From positions 13,252,289-13,316,288 of the forward strand of contig NC_090397.1 of the NCBI RefSeq assembly GCF_036365525.1: a stretch of 64,000 nt of DNA, given 5' to 3'. Position numbers and translations under genes: made by a program. This stretch comes from Heterodontus francisci. Its lineage: Eukaryota. The notes beneath the pieces were generated by a model. The model was not told the origin of the DNA. It saw nothing but the letters and a program-made list of their open reading frames with translations, and ran no database searches. This document shows positions 1-11,459 of this stretch, in pieces. Within the stretch, counting starts at the first letter, position 1, and every line of letters starts with the position of its first letter.

Positions 1-1194
1 CCATGTTTATGACGCCTGCACCCACCTTACAAATATGGAGGGTGAGTATAAATCCTGCTATGTTGGAGCTTCACTCCAGACAGGATTTTCCACTTGTAGT
101 GTCAATTGTTGTAATTGTTAAACAAACAGGTGCATTAAGATAGTTCCTAAATAAACACAGATCACACTTACTGATGAAGTGAGAGTTTCCTTAAGCTAAA
201 CTCATTGCTACTGAAGAATGTTTTTGATTGATTATTCATTCTCTGGATGTGGACATTGCTGGCAAGGCTACCATTTATTGTCCATCCTTATGGTACAGCG
301 GAGTGGCTCGCTGGGCCACTTCAGAGTGCAGTTAAAAGTCAACCATGTTGGTGTGGGACCAGAGTCACATTTAGGCCTGACCAGGTAAGGACGACAAGTT
401 TCCCCTCCCTAAAGAGCACTGCTGCTATCCGTGAAGTTGCTGCTGCCCATGTGTTACGTAGGTAGGGTTTCTCCATTTTGCTGCCTGGTATTTTTGCCTT
501 CCCCGTTTCAGGCGATTCTTACAAGGTATGCCCTATGTCCCAGCGGTTGATTTTTCCCCTTCTCACACATCTGGGTAAATTTATTGGGGCGGGGAGGGGT
601 GGTCTTGACCTTGGGGGACAGTGTAAAATGGGCAATATCAAATTAGCTGGTTGTTATACCCGAGAAAATGGAAGGGAAAATTGGGGTGGGTTATTAAATG
701 ATATATCGCCAATTTACACCAACACCTACGGTTAAAATGACCTCTATAGTGTGTCAAAACAAATAAAATTGGAGAACCCGTTTCAGCTTGTATCAGCTCC
801 TGACTTTATGACTGATGTCACATGATCTGCCCCACCTTCAGAATGCAGCTGACTAACAGTTCGTTTGACCTTGACTGAGGCGTCAACCATCAAACAACCT
901 CAGAGATGCGAAAGAATAAAGCTGTCTCCGACATCCCACCCTACTTCAGAGGGAGATCAGAAGAACCCGCAGAGAAACAGCATAGGTAGTGGTTTTCAGC
1001 CAATTCTGCCCTATCTCCAGGCTGGGGGGTGGGGGGGGGGGGGGTGCGTCTGCCGAAATTACCCCAGGAGATTGGAAGAACACCCATGGAAATCCAGGGC
1101 CCAAGTGAATAGCAGCAACAGTGCAACATTTAATTTCATATCTGTAGTTTAGGTTAATTAGCTCGAATGGTAAAAAAAAAGCTATTTCTATGCT

Positions 1195-2023
1195 TCTTTT
1201 GGGCCTCCTTATCTCGAGAGACAATGGATACGCGCCTGGAGGTGGTCAGTGGTTTGTGAAGCAGCGCCTGGAGTGGCTATAAAGGCCAATTCTGGAGTGA
1301 CAGGCTCTTCCACAGGTGCTGCAGAGAAATTTGTTTGTTGGGGCTGTTGCACAGTTGGCTCTCCCCTTGCGCCTCTGTCTTTTTTCCTGCCAACTACTAA
1401 GTCTCTTCGACTCGCCACAATTTAGCCCTGTCTTTATGGCTGCCCGCCAGCTCTGGCGAATGCTGGCAACTGACTCCCACGACTTGTGATCAATGTCACA
1501 CGATTTCATGTCGCGTTTGCAGACGTCTTTATAACGGAGACATGGACGGCCGGTGGGTCTGATACCAGTGGCGAGCTCGCTGTACAATGTGTCTTTGGGG
1601 ATCCTGCCATCTTCCATGCGGCTCACATGGCCAAGCCATCTCAAGCGCCGCTGACTCAGTAGTGTGTATAAGCTGGGGATGTTGGCCGCTTCAAGGACTT
1701 CTGTGTTGGAGATATAGTCCTGCCACCTGATGCCAAGTATTCTCCGAAGGCAGCGAAGATGGAATGAATTGAGACGTCGCTCTTGGCTGGCATACGTTGT
1801 CCAGGCCTCGCTGCCGTAGAGCAAGGTACTGAGGACACAGGCCTGATACACTCGGACTTTTGTGTTCCGTGTCAGTGCGCCATTTTCCCACACTCTCTTG
1901 GCCAGTCTGAACATAGCAGTGGAAGCCTTACCCATGCGCTTGTTGATTTCTGCATCTAGAGACAGGTTACTGGTGATAGTTGAGCCTAGGTAGGTGAACT
2001 CTTGAACCACTTCCAGAGCGTGG
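1195..2023 (-). mobile_element. RTE-clade LINE, 5'-truncated, relatively young
   Basis: Uninterrupted 254-aa ORF (FTYLGS, LLYGSEAW, RLRWLGHV, C-terminal CxxC…H..C); CTATGCT direct repeat at 1188-1194 and 2024-2030 as TSD. Confidence 0.92.
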
Positions 2024-2519
2024 CTATGCTACATATAAGAATATTACTCATCATAATTTGCTGAGGTAAATATGAAGCATAATATTCCTACTTAGTGATG
2101 CTTTTCTATTTTCACTGTCGAGGGGAGCTTTCCAGTCTGGTTATCTCTCTCTCCTGAGGGGATAGGCAGATCCATTCAGTTGAAAAATACAGGTGGTTAA
2201 ATACTTCCACTAAATTACCATCACCAAGCAGATTTAAAGAATGTGTCAGTTAAATTCAGGAAAAGTAACTGCCAATCAAACAAACATCTGAACAAATGCC
2301 AAATGATGTTTGTATTTGAATTGAATGCCTTGGTCTTCTGTCCCTGACAAACTGACAACTTGTTGGATCAAATTGAGATGGGACACAATTTCTGGGAGTG
2401 AAGCTGCACTGAAGTTAATATTGAGTTAAATCTTGGACATAAATGCGTGTTTTTTTATCGTATCATGTGTGCTCAGCGAGCAATTGACAGAAATTTACCA
2501 CCGGTCTGGAGTCGGGCAA

Positions 2520-2930
2520 AGCTAGAGACTTTGTGCAGTCAGAAAGTTGTAGATTGAAGTCTCATTCCTGGGCTGACATTCTAGTGAAGTACTCAGGACA
2601 TTATCAGAGGTGCCATCACAGACAAGACGTCAAACCAAGACCCCGTTTGCTCTCTCGTGTGAGTGTAAAAGATCCCATGGCATTATTTTGAAAAGGAGCT
2701 GAGGAGTTCTCCCCAATATCCTGGCCAAGATTTATCCCTCAATCGACACCTAATAGATTACCTGGTCATTAACGCATTGCTGTTTGTGGGAGCTTGCTGT
2801 GCACAAATTGACTGCCATGTTTCCTACATTACAACAGAGACTACACTTCAAAAAGGATATCATTGACTATAAAGCACTTTGAGACACTCTAAGGTCATGA
2901 CAGGTGCTATAGAAATGTGAATTCTTTCTT
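2520..2930 (+). mobile_element. Deu-domain SINE (SacSINE1/AmnSINE-like)
   Basis: gtaaaagatcccatggca…atttatccctcaa…ctgtttgtgggagcttgctgtgc core; partial copies at ~14185-14375, ~49140-49350 and ~50220-50380. Confidence 0.75.
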
Positions 2931-3011
2931 TCTTGAGCACATACAAGTAACCACATTGAGAATGGACATATTGCATTCTGGGTGGACAACAGGGATGAAC
3001 CTTGCTTTCAG

Positions 3012-3203
3012 GCAGAGTGCACCAAAGTAATTCCTTCCCTAAGTTGCTTTCTGGATCAAGCTCCACAGAATGAAAATAACTTTTACCATCTTGGTGCTCA
3101 TCCTGAGAGAAAGTGTGATATTCTGGGAAACCATTTTGAGAAGGCGGAATGTAGTCTCCAGCAGCTCAAATGTGAAGATATAAACTCCAAAGATTACAAT
3201 GTG
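3012..3203 (+). CDS. Tentative upstream exon of the LMNTD1-like gene
   Basis: ttgctttcag| acceptor, 64 open codons (AECTKV…EKAECSLQQLKCEDINSKDYNV) and GTG|gtaatg donor. Phase 0 fits the 4500 exon, but I recognise no homology. Confidence 0.35.
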
Positions 3204-3867
3204 GTAATGGCTTGACATTCAATGTTTGTAGTGTGAGAAAATAGGAAGTTAGAACTCGCTACCACAGGAAGTGGTTGATGCAAATAGCTTAGATACTTTC
3301 AAAAGGAAACTAGATGAGTATATGAGACAAAAGTGAGTAGAAAGATATGCTGAAAAGATGAGATGGGTGCCTGGAAAGGAGGGGACTCGTGAGTGTAAAC
3401 AACAGTGCAGACTAGTTGGGCTGAATGACCTGTTTCTGTGTTGTGTATTCCATATAATTCTATGTAATTTTAGAAAGGCTGTAATCTAATTTGACATCAG
3501 AAAAAAAGCATAATTTCCAGTAGCAGATTTAATAGTTGTGACACTGAGCTCCAATAGCCTACTCCTGAATCTGTGCTGAACACCTTTCAGGCTGGGTAAG
3601 ATCTCCCTTCCACTTCACACATCCACAGTTTCAGATATTTAATGTTCATATCAGCTCTTGTGCATTAATAGAGTTATTTCTGTAATTATAGCACAGAAGA
3701 ATTAATGTAGCATGTGCTCAAATGGTAACCACCCTCTCCATTGCTAAGTATTCCAATGTACCATAACAAGCCATGGGCTAGATATTTATCTTACTACCAG
3801 GTGTCAAACTGCTGATGAGGATGAGCTGCCTGTTAGGGAAACTGCCCTATTCTCAGTTTTTTTGATA

Positions 3868-4205
3868 TCAGGTGTTTACTACAACAGGCATTTTCTTTAA
3901 CAGGTGGTTTTGATAGCAAGTTTTCTTTAATGGTTGTTTTCCATAACAGGTGTTTTCTTTAACAGGTTTTTAAATAATGGGTGTTTTCTATAACGGACAT
4001 TTTCTATATTGAGCCAGTTCTATAGCGAATGTTTACTGTATATGGTAGGTTCTATAAAAGTGTTTTTGACATCCGGCAGGTGCTATAGCGGGTGTTTTCT
4101 ATAACGGCTGTTCCCTACATCAGGCCTGTTCTACAGCGAATGTTTACTATAGATGGCGGGTTCTATAACAACTGTTTCGATATCCAGCAGGTTCTGTAAT
4201 GACTG
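3868..4205. repeat. Degenerate ~15-16-bp tandem repeat
   Basis: Recurring ggtgttttctataac(a/g)g-like units. Confidence 0.7.
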
Positions 4206-4499
4206 ATTATCTGCAAACACCAGTTTTATGCCCAGGCAGGAAGTTGACCATCTCCCCACCCACCACTGCCCCTATTATCCCTCCCCGACCTAAATGCTTC
4301 ATTTAGAAACAGTCCATTTTATTTTTCAATAAAATTATGTACTGCTGTACTCAAACGTTTCTAAAACAACCAGCCTTTCCCATTGCCTCTGCTAACACCG
4401 TAATCTGTCTGGAAAGAGCTTCTATATGTAAGGTTCATTATATGGAGTTATTGCATTCCTTTTGTGGCATATTTATATTATTTCTTATTTATTGGTCAG

Positions 4500-4621
4500 G
4501 AAATGGAGGATCTCCTTTTGACTAAGATGAAGGAACTTAGTTCTAAACAGGAGATCAGCTCAGCCTCCTTACAAGGGGACATTTCGGCATTTAAATGCAT
4601 GCTTGAGGCAGAAGAAAGAAG
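4500..4621 (+). CDS. LMNTD1: LMNTD1-like exon encoding the end of an intermediate-filament coil 2B
   Basis: T-rich tract, then cag| EMEDLLLTKMKELSSKQEISSASLQGDISAFKCMLEAEERR, then AG|gtgagc. Resembles the IF helix-termination motif (EIxxYRxLLEGEExR). The phase-2 end matches the 6343 acceptor. Confidence 0.75.
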
Positions 4622-4729
4622 GTGAGCATTTACTGATCATGCACAAACGTGCTGATGGTATTGTCTTGGTCTCATCTTAAAATTTGTTTCTGTCTTTTCC
4701 ACCATCGGTGCACTAAGACTGCAGTGTGT

Positions 4730-5077
4730 CCTATCCACAGGATGCAGTGCAGCAACTCACCAAAGCTTCTTCAACAGAATCTCCCAAACCAATGATCTCT
4801 ACACACCTAGAACAAGGGAAAAACACACATTGGAATACCACCACCTGCAAGTTTCCCTCCAAACTACACACCTGACTTGGAATTATATCGCCATTCCTTC
4901 ACTGTCACTAAGTCAAAATCCTGGAACTCCCTCCCTAACGGTATTATGGGGGCACCTTTGCCACATGGACTGCAGCAGTTCAAGAAGGCTGCTCACCACC
5001 ACCTTCTCAAGGGCAACTGGGGGTGGGCAATAAATGCTGGCCTTGCCAGTGACACCCACATCCCGCAAATGAAGAAA
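4730..5077 (+). mobile_element. 3' end of a second CR1/L2-superfamily LINE family
   Basis: aaatcctggaactccctccctaac…gcagttcaagaagg…gggcaataaatgctggcc tail; related tails at ~232-420(-), ~10735-11100(-), ~16000-16270(+) and ~22130-22495(-). Confidence 0.7.
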
Positions 5078-5759
5078 AGCACAAGTTACAATGGAAACTA
5101 TTCTTGAAAATGTTCTAAACATATTTTATACTCTCCAGTGTCGACATGCTCTGTAAAGTAGACGAGGAGTTGTTGATGGAGAGGCAGGGTCTGCTATAAA
5201 TGGTTCCACAGTTCCACTTACCACAGTGTACTGTGCCATTACCCTTAGTTTTTTGAGTTGCTCCCTTTCTTCCTCTACTCTTTCTGATATCTTATAAATA
5301 AGCAAACAAAGTGGGCCCACATGTGCCACCCACCCTCACTTCACCTTTGTCTTTGCTAGTGTTCTTTCCTGTATTTCTATGTATATCTGTTGTTGCTTCT
5401 CCTCCCTCTATCATTGCCTTTACTTGCTGTTGTTTGCTTTGTCTCTTCCTATGTCTGCCACTCCTTCCCTCTACCACTGCCTGATGGTGATGCCAAACTG
5501 GCAACCAAGAAACTTTTTAGCAGTTAACCTACTGGCTAAAAAAAAGTTTTGGTGCTGCATTTTGTGGCTCTTCCCCTGATTGGAATGGTAATTTATTGTT
5601 TTTGGCATAAGGCGAGCAGCACCATGTTTATATCCATCCCCACAGAAGGTAGAGAACCTGTGGTCAGCAGGAGGCTGGTGAAAGCCTCACATCTTTCTGC
5701 TGTACTGCTTCAGTTCGTTCTAACATGATATGTACTCCTGAAGCAGCGCTTGTTCACGT

Positions 5760-6145
5760 AAATAACGCATTTATATAGCGCCTTTAACATAGAAAAATGT
5801 ACCAAGTTGCTTCACAGGAACATTAATCAGGCAACAGAACTGACACCAAGCCAAAGTAGGAGATATTAGGACAGATGACCACACAACTCTCCGAGATCTC
5901 TAAATTCCCCCAATTTCCTTCGCCCCACATGCCTTCAACTGCCAAGGCCCTAAGCTCTGGAATTCCCTCCCTAAACCTCTCTGCCTCTCTACCTGCTTCT
6001 TTTTCCTTAAAACCTACCTCTTTGACCAAGCTTTTGGTCTCTTGCCTTAATATTTCCTCATGTGGTTAGGTGTCAAATCTTGTCTGAAAACATTCCTAAG
6101 AAGTGCCATTAAAGGTGCTGTGTAAATGCAAGTTGTTGTTGTTGA
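5760..6145. mobile_element. Two L2-like 3' ends in opposite orientation
   Basis: atttatatagcgcctttaac on the left and ctctggaattccctccctaaac…aaggtgctgtgtaaatgcaag(ttg)n on the right. Confidence 0.65.
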
Positions 6146-6342
6146 AAGCAAAGCCTATTGGTATACCAGTGCCTGGCACCATGGAGTGTATCCCCCATAC
6201 CTCCAAGTTTCTTTTAGTGTTGGTGATATAAAGATTGCCCTGAGACAAAATAGTACATATTTTATGTAGCAAACGTTATGTGATAATTGGGTAAATCTAT
6301 ATAAATAGAATCAATTACAAATGTGTTCTTTCTTTTGTAAAG

Positions 6343-7067
6343 GTTGAGAGACAGTCAGTTAGACTGCTGCAAGAAGACCTCTCCATGCAAATCCTATTTC
6401 CCTCCTGCTCGGACATCATGTGCTCCTTTGAACCAGTCTACCTGTCCACGGGTACCTGCTCCATCCTCATGCCCTCCTGTGAACCTACGATCTTACCCGT
6501 CACCTCCTATTTCAAATCCCTGCAAGTCTTTGCACCAAACCTGCAGATCACCATCTCCTGCCCCAACCTGCTTGACTCCAACATTCCCACTGTGCTGTCC
6601 ACCATCTTCTGCTTTGACGACACGCCTTCCTGTATATCAGCCAACCTGTCAACTACCTTCATCTTTGTCCTCCTGCCTCTCTGCGATTCGGCCAAACTGT
6701 TTATCATCTTCTCCTTTTATGTCCTCCTGCCTTCCTGTGAATCGGTTCAGCTGCCCAATACCTTCCTCTATGATCTCCTCCTGCCTTCCTGTGAATCGGT
6801 TCAGCTGCCCAATACCTTCCTCTATGATCTCCTCCTGCCTTCCTGTGAATCGGTTCAGCTGTCCATCATCTTCCACTCTGGCCTTGTGCAGTCCTATGAC
6901 CCGACCACGGTGTCCTTCACCTCTTCCTCTGACCTCATGCCCTCCTGCAATCCCCTCAGCAAGTTGCAGACCTGCGTCAACTCGGTCATGCTCTGTGGCT
7001 CCAGTAGCGTATCCAAAACCTTGTCACAAACCTGAAGTGTCGAGGTTTAGAAATGAACAATGTATGG
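6343..7067 (+). CDS. LMNTD1: LMNTD1-like exon, Cys/Pro/Ser-rich repeat linker (~241 aa)
   Basis: ttcttttgtaaag| acceptor (phase 2), open frame of ORF 6344, G|gtaaga donor (phase 1, matches 10320). Confidence 0.75.
6722..6865 (+). repeat. Coding 54-bp tandem repeat (SSCLPVNRFSCPIPSSMI x ~2.6)
   Basis: Units start at 6722, 6776 and 6830; the first two are identical. Confidence 0.95.
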
Positions 7068-9110
7068 GTAAGATGATGAAGACTTAGTTTTCCATTACTA
7101 TGATTGTGGAATAGACTAATATCTTACAAATATGAAGTCAAAGTTTTTTTTCTTGAACTATCTTCCTCACTTTGTCTTTATAGCACACACTTGACCTGTA
7201 ACTGATCCTGAGAGATGTACAACACTCATCTCATTAACAGGGGTGGGTAACATTTGCTAGAAATGCTAACATGCTGTTTAGGATGCAGCAATTTCAGGTT
7301 GGCACCAATGCAAATTTGACCACAATGCCAATGGACAGTGCTGGGTTTTCCCATGCTGCTTTCTGCTCACTTTCCTTTGACCATTAGTGAAATTTCCAAT
7401 GTTGAGAAACAGCAGATAGGGCGGACATGTTTGACTTCATCGACCATATTGCACAGACGAGATGATCACTTGTGGCAGACTGAGTGGTTTCACTTCACAC
7501 TTTGCACTAGTTGCAGTCCACTTTTCAAAGTCTTTTCAATGGATTAGGTATTTTAAAAGCACCCCGACAGATTTGCCTCTCTCGTAAAGGCTTTAAATTG
7601 GAAACTTGTAAAGTTGGCATTGCACGGGTTTCAAGTAGACTGCAGCTGGTGCAAAGTGTGAAATGAAGCATGTCAAGTCTGTCATGTGGTGACTATCTCC
7701 TCCACCCAATATGTTCAGTGAAGGCAAATGTGATATATATCTACTATACAAATCACACTGAGGAAATCTTCCTTCATGGTAGGAGGGAGAGTCTCACACT
7801 CAGCGCAAGCTGACAACGGCAATTACACTCCTAGTTACACACACAGCTGCACTGTGCTGCCCCCAGGCGCATCGCAGCAATGTACCATCTGCAATACGGC
7901 AGAGTTGTTAGGCTTGTTCACAGTGCATTGTTATGCTGCATTGTTTCAACATTAAAATACTGTAATTTACACACCTACCAGTTCTCCTGCATTCACCCAG
8001 TGCCCTATATACCTACTGTGCAAGTCATTCCCAGGTGTTTTGTAGGTCAAAGGTATCAAGGGTTATGGAATCAAGTAGATAGTGTTAAGACACAGATCAT
8101 CTGTGATCTAATTGAATGGCAGAATAGGCCTGAGGGGCTGAACGGCCACCTCCTGCTCCAAGACAAGAGGATCGAGGGACTGAATGGCCTCCTCCTGCTC
8201 CTATGTTCTTCTTGTTGAAAAGTGAAGCAAAGCAAAAGAAAAGGGCAGGGTGATCACAACCCGCCTGGGGTAGTGAAAGCCCTCTGTTAAAGGGATTAGG
8301 CATGCGTTGGACTTTAAACAGAGATAGAGAATGAAAAAGCAGAGATAGAATAAAAAGATCGAGGTAGAGAAGAGAGAAGAAATGCTGCACAGAATTTACA
8401 ACTTAGAAACAGGACATTTGGCCCAATCAATCTGTGTTGGTGTTTATCCTCCACATGTGGTTCCTATCACCCAAAATTTTTCTTCCCTCCCCTGTCAGCC
8501 AGGTTCTGGAATAAAAACTCTGGACCTGGCTGGATTCAACTGGGGAGGGGCTCTATAAGATCTGTTTAAAGGAGGCCTGGGAGTTAAAATCTGCTCACCT
8601 TGTAGAGGATCAGACGGCTTGTCGCCCACCTTAGGCCCCTGCACGCTCTAATTTCATCATCTTGAGGTAAAATTGTCCCCTCTGTGGTCATTATGCTCAA
8701 ATGATACCCATCTGTCTATAGTTTAGAATTAGAATTAGAACATTACAGCGCAGTACAGGCCCTTCGGCCCTCGATGTTGCGCCGACCTGTGAAACCATCT
8801 GACCTACACTATTCCATTTTCATCCATATGTCTATCCAATGACCACTTAAATGCCCTTAAAGTTGGCGAGTCTACTACTGTTGCAGGCAGGGCGTCCCAC
8901 GCCCCTACTACTCTCTGAGTAAAGAAACTACCTCTAACAACTCACCTGTGTTACAACTTAGAGGAGTGTCACGGGATATGTTAGTGATTGTCCACTTACA
9001 ATGTCTATAATTTTTAATTTACCTGACAACTTAAAGAATTTTCTACACACCATCTCAGAGAGACAAGAACCAGTCTCACTGGACTGGGGCTCAGAAACGT
9101 ACTCTGAGTT

Positions 9111-9379
9111 AGGGTTGTCAACTCTGATTGGACGTATTCCTGGAGGTTTCTTCACATAACTTCCAACTTATAATCGCCTCACCCATTCAAACAGCATTTT
9201 TACCCCACTTTCAATATTTTTATAACTAAGAAACAGAGTTGTTCAAAGAAAATGAAGAAAACCCACAAATATTTAATACCTGTATGATTTGTCTCTCAGA
9301 TGTTGCTCGCAGCAGTGTCCAGGAGATTAATCTTTAACTCCTAGAGACTCCAGGCCAATCCTGGAGGGTTGGCAACCCT
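9111..9379. mobile_element. MITE-like non-autonomous DNA element
   Basis: AGGGTTGTCAAC…GTTGGCAACCCT inverted termini; an oppositely oriented related copy lies at ~12443-12696. Confidence 0.7.
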
Positions 9380-10319
9380 ATTCTACACATTAATAATACT
9401 TCCCACTTGATGACTAGATTCAACCTAGCTTCAAATTAATTGAAATTTGTGAGCTTCAAAAGAACAAAAGATATTTTACTTTGTGAGTGCCACTAAAACA
9501 TTCGTTCCTGTGAGGGAGCACTTCAAGTTAATGCAAGGGCTTCTGTACTTTTTTTTGAAAAAACAAAATACTTCACTTACTTTTTTTCAAGCAGGGTGAT
9601 ACATATTTTACTTGCATATTGTTAATTGAACACTAGAGGGCAGATCCTGATGGGAGTAAACACTTTGCAGCAATTACACTCCAAGGTCTTGTTACCAAAT
9701 GTTAAATGTTTGATGTGAATAATTCAGGGTCTACAATAAAAAAGCTACTGTTGTAATAGCCACTCCAAGTTGAGTGTTTATTACAGCATAACAGAGAAGA
9801 CTTTTTTGTTTTTAAATGGTATTTTCTATTTCCTGTCTTTCCCCTTCCTCATGATCTCCCTCTGCTGCCCACCATCCAAATGTATAATACCCTCACTGAT
9901 GTCACCCAAAATCAAGGTGAGGGTCTGAGAATAGTCTGTGAGGAGTGGGCAGTCCTTTTCGCAGGTCTTTTTCTACAGGAACACAGCTGACCTCCACCTT
10001 GCAGATTGGCATAGCGCCACACGCCCAAGACCAGGAAATAAGTGGGGATCCTGACTGCAGATCTGTGTCCCAGCATTCACCTCAATGTATATACATACTG
10101 CTCTGCCCCACTGCACCCGCCTAAATTTTAGAACAATTTCTGATGTGTGGACAGGATGGGAAAGTTCTACACATTGACCTCCCGTCTTCTGTCTACTAAA
10201 ACAATGCCCACCGAAAAAGCTCCCCCCGCAAAAAAAATAATAGTACACAGCCTTTTTATAAGGCAGCTATTTTGCTAAAGGGGCTTTGCTTATAATCTTA
10301 AGTTCACCAATGACAACAG

Positions 10320-10602
10320 CCATGTACAGAAAAAAAAGCACAGACAGCTGTTTAGGACATGAGGCTGATGGGAGCACCTACAATGACATCTCTTCTTCTA
10401 CAGCGATGGAATGTTGCAATGGTGAGCCAAAGAGGTCTTGCTCAAAGCCTCCAACCCATTCTCTAAACAGCTGCAAATTTGGCCAAGGCAGAGACTATTT
10501 CAACACCATGTTTAAGGAACTGAAGAGGAACAGCATCTCCAAAATGCTCCCTGTTTGCAAGCCACTCATGACCGCGTGCAACCTCAACACACCTATTGCC
10601 AG
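10320..10602 (+). CDS. LMNTD1: LMNTD1 exon preceding the lamin tail domain
   Basis: acag|CC-ATG… frame includes GQGRDYFNTMFKELKR, similar to human LMNTD1 GEDYFLSLFGDSKK as recalled. AG|gtaacc phase-2 donor joins 15737. Confidence 0.8.
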
Positions 10603-11117
10603 GTAACCCAGATATGTTCTATAATCAAAAGTGAAGTTGATGCTTCATATCAAACCTTGTAAGCAGATGAAAAGGCTAGGAAAATGTTAATTGTGCCATC
10701 CTATGGTACGGATTTGCAGAGTTTTTTGCCATTAAATATTCATTCTTGAGATGTGGGCGTTGTTGGCAATTATTGCCCATTCTCCTATGCCATTGATAGA
10801 TGGTATGGGTTAACACAACTGGGCTACTTTGGAGTCAACCATGTTGGTGTGGAACTAGCACAATAATGCCAGACCTAGAAAGGGCCACAGGTTTCCTTCA
10901 CCAAAGGAAACTAGTGAACCAGTGGGTTTTTACAACAAGCCGACAGCTTCAATGGTCACTTTTACTGATACTAGTTTCTTAATTTTATTTGCAGATTTTT
11001 TTTTCAAAAGTGTTGTATTTAGACTCTTATGGCTATCATAGTGGGATTATGCACTCTTCTTCTCTGGATTACTAGTTCAGCAATATGACCATTATACTAC
11101 CATACCCTTACTAGTTA

Positions 11118-11459
11118 GGGTGGCGCAGTGGTTAGCACCGCAGCCTCGCAGCTCCAGGGACCCGGGTCCGATTCCGGGTACTGCCTGTGTGGAGTTTGCA
11201 AGTTCTCCCTGTGTCTGCGTGGGTTTTCTCCGGGTGCTCCGGTTTCCTCCCACAAGCCAAAAGACTTGCAGGTTGATAGGTAAATTGGCCATTATAAATT
11301 GTCACTCGTATAGGTAGGTGGTAGGGAAAGATAGGGACAGGTGGGGATGTTTGGTAGGAATATGGGATTAGTGTAGGATTAGTATAAATGGGTGGTTGAT
11401 GTTCGGCACAGACTCGGTGGGCCGAAGGGTCTGTTTCAGTGCTGTATATCTAATCTAAT
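11118..11459 (+). mobile_element. tRNA-derived V-SINE (HE1-like)
   Basis: tRNA head ggtggcgcagtggttagc, V-domain gtggagtttgca…ggtttcctccca, CR1-like tail with (taatc)n, TSD CTAGTTA. Confidence 0.9.

Noticed and set aside
6385-7035. 216-aa overlapping ORF in an alternative frame
   Set aside because: By-product of C/T-rich repetitive codons; only the 6344 frame fits the splice phases on both sides.
11118-11190. tRNA gene
   Set aside because: It is the tRNA-derived head of a V-SINE, continuous with the SINE body.
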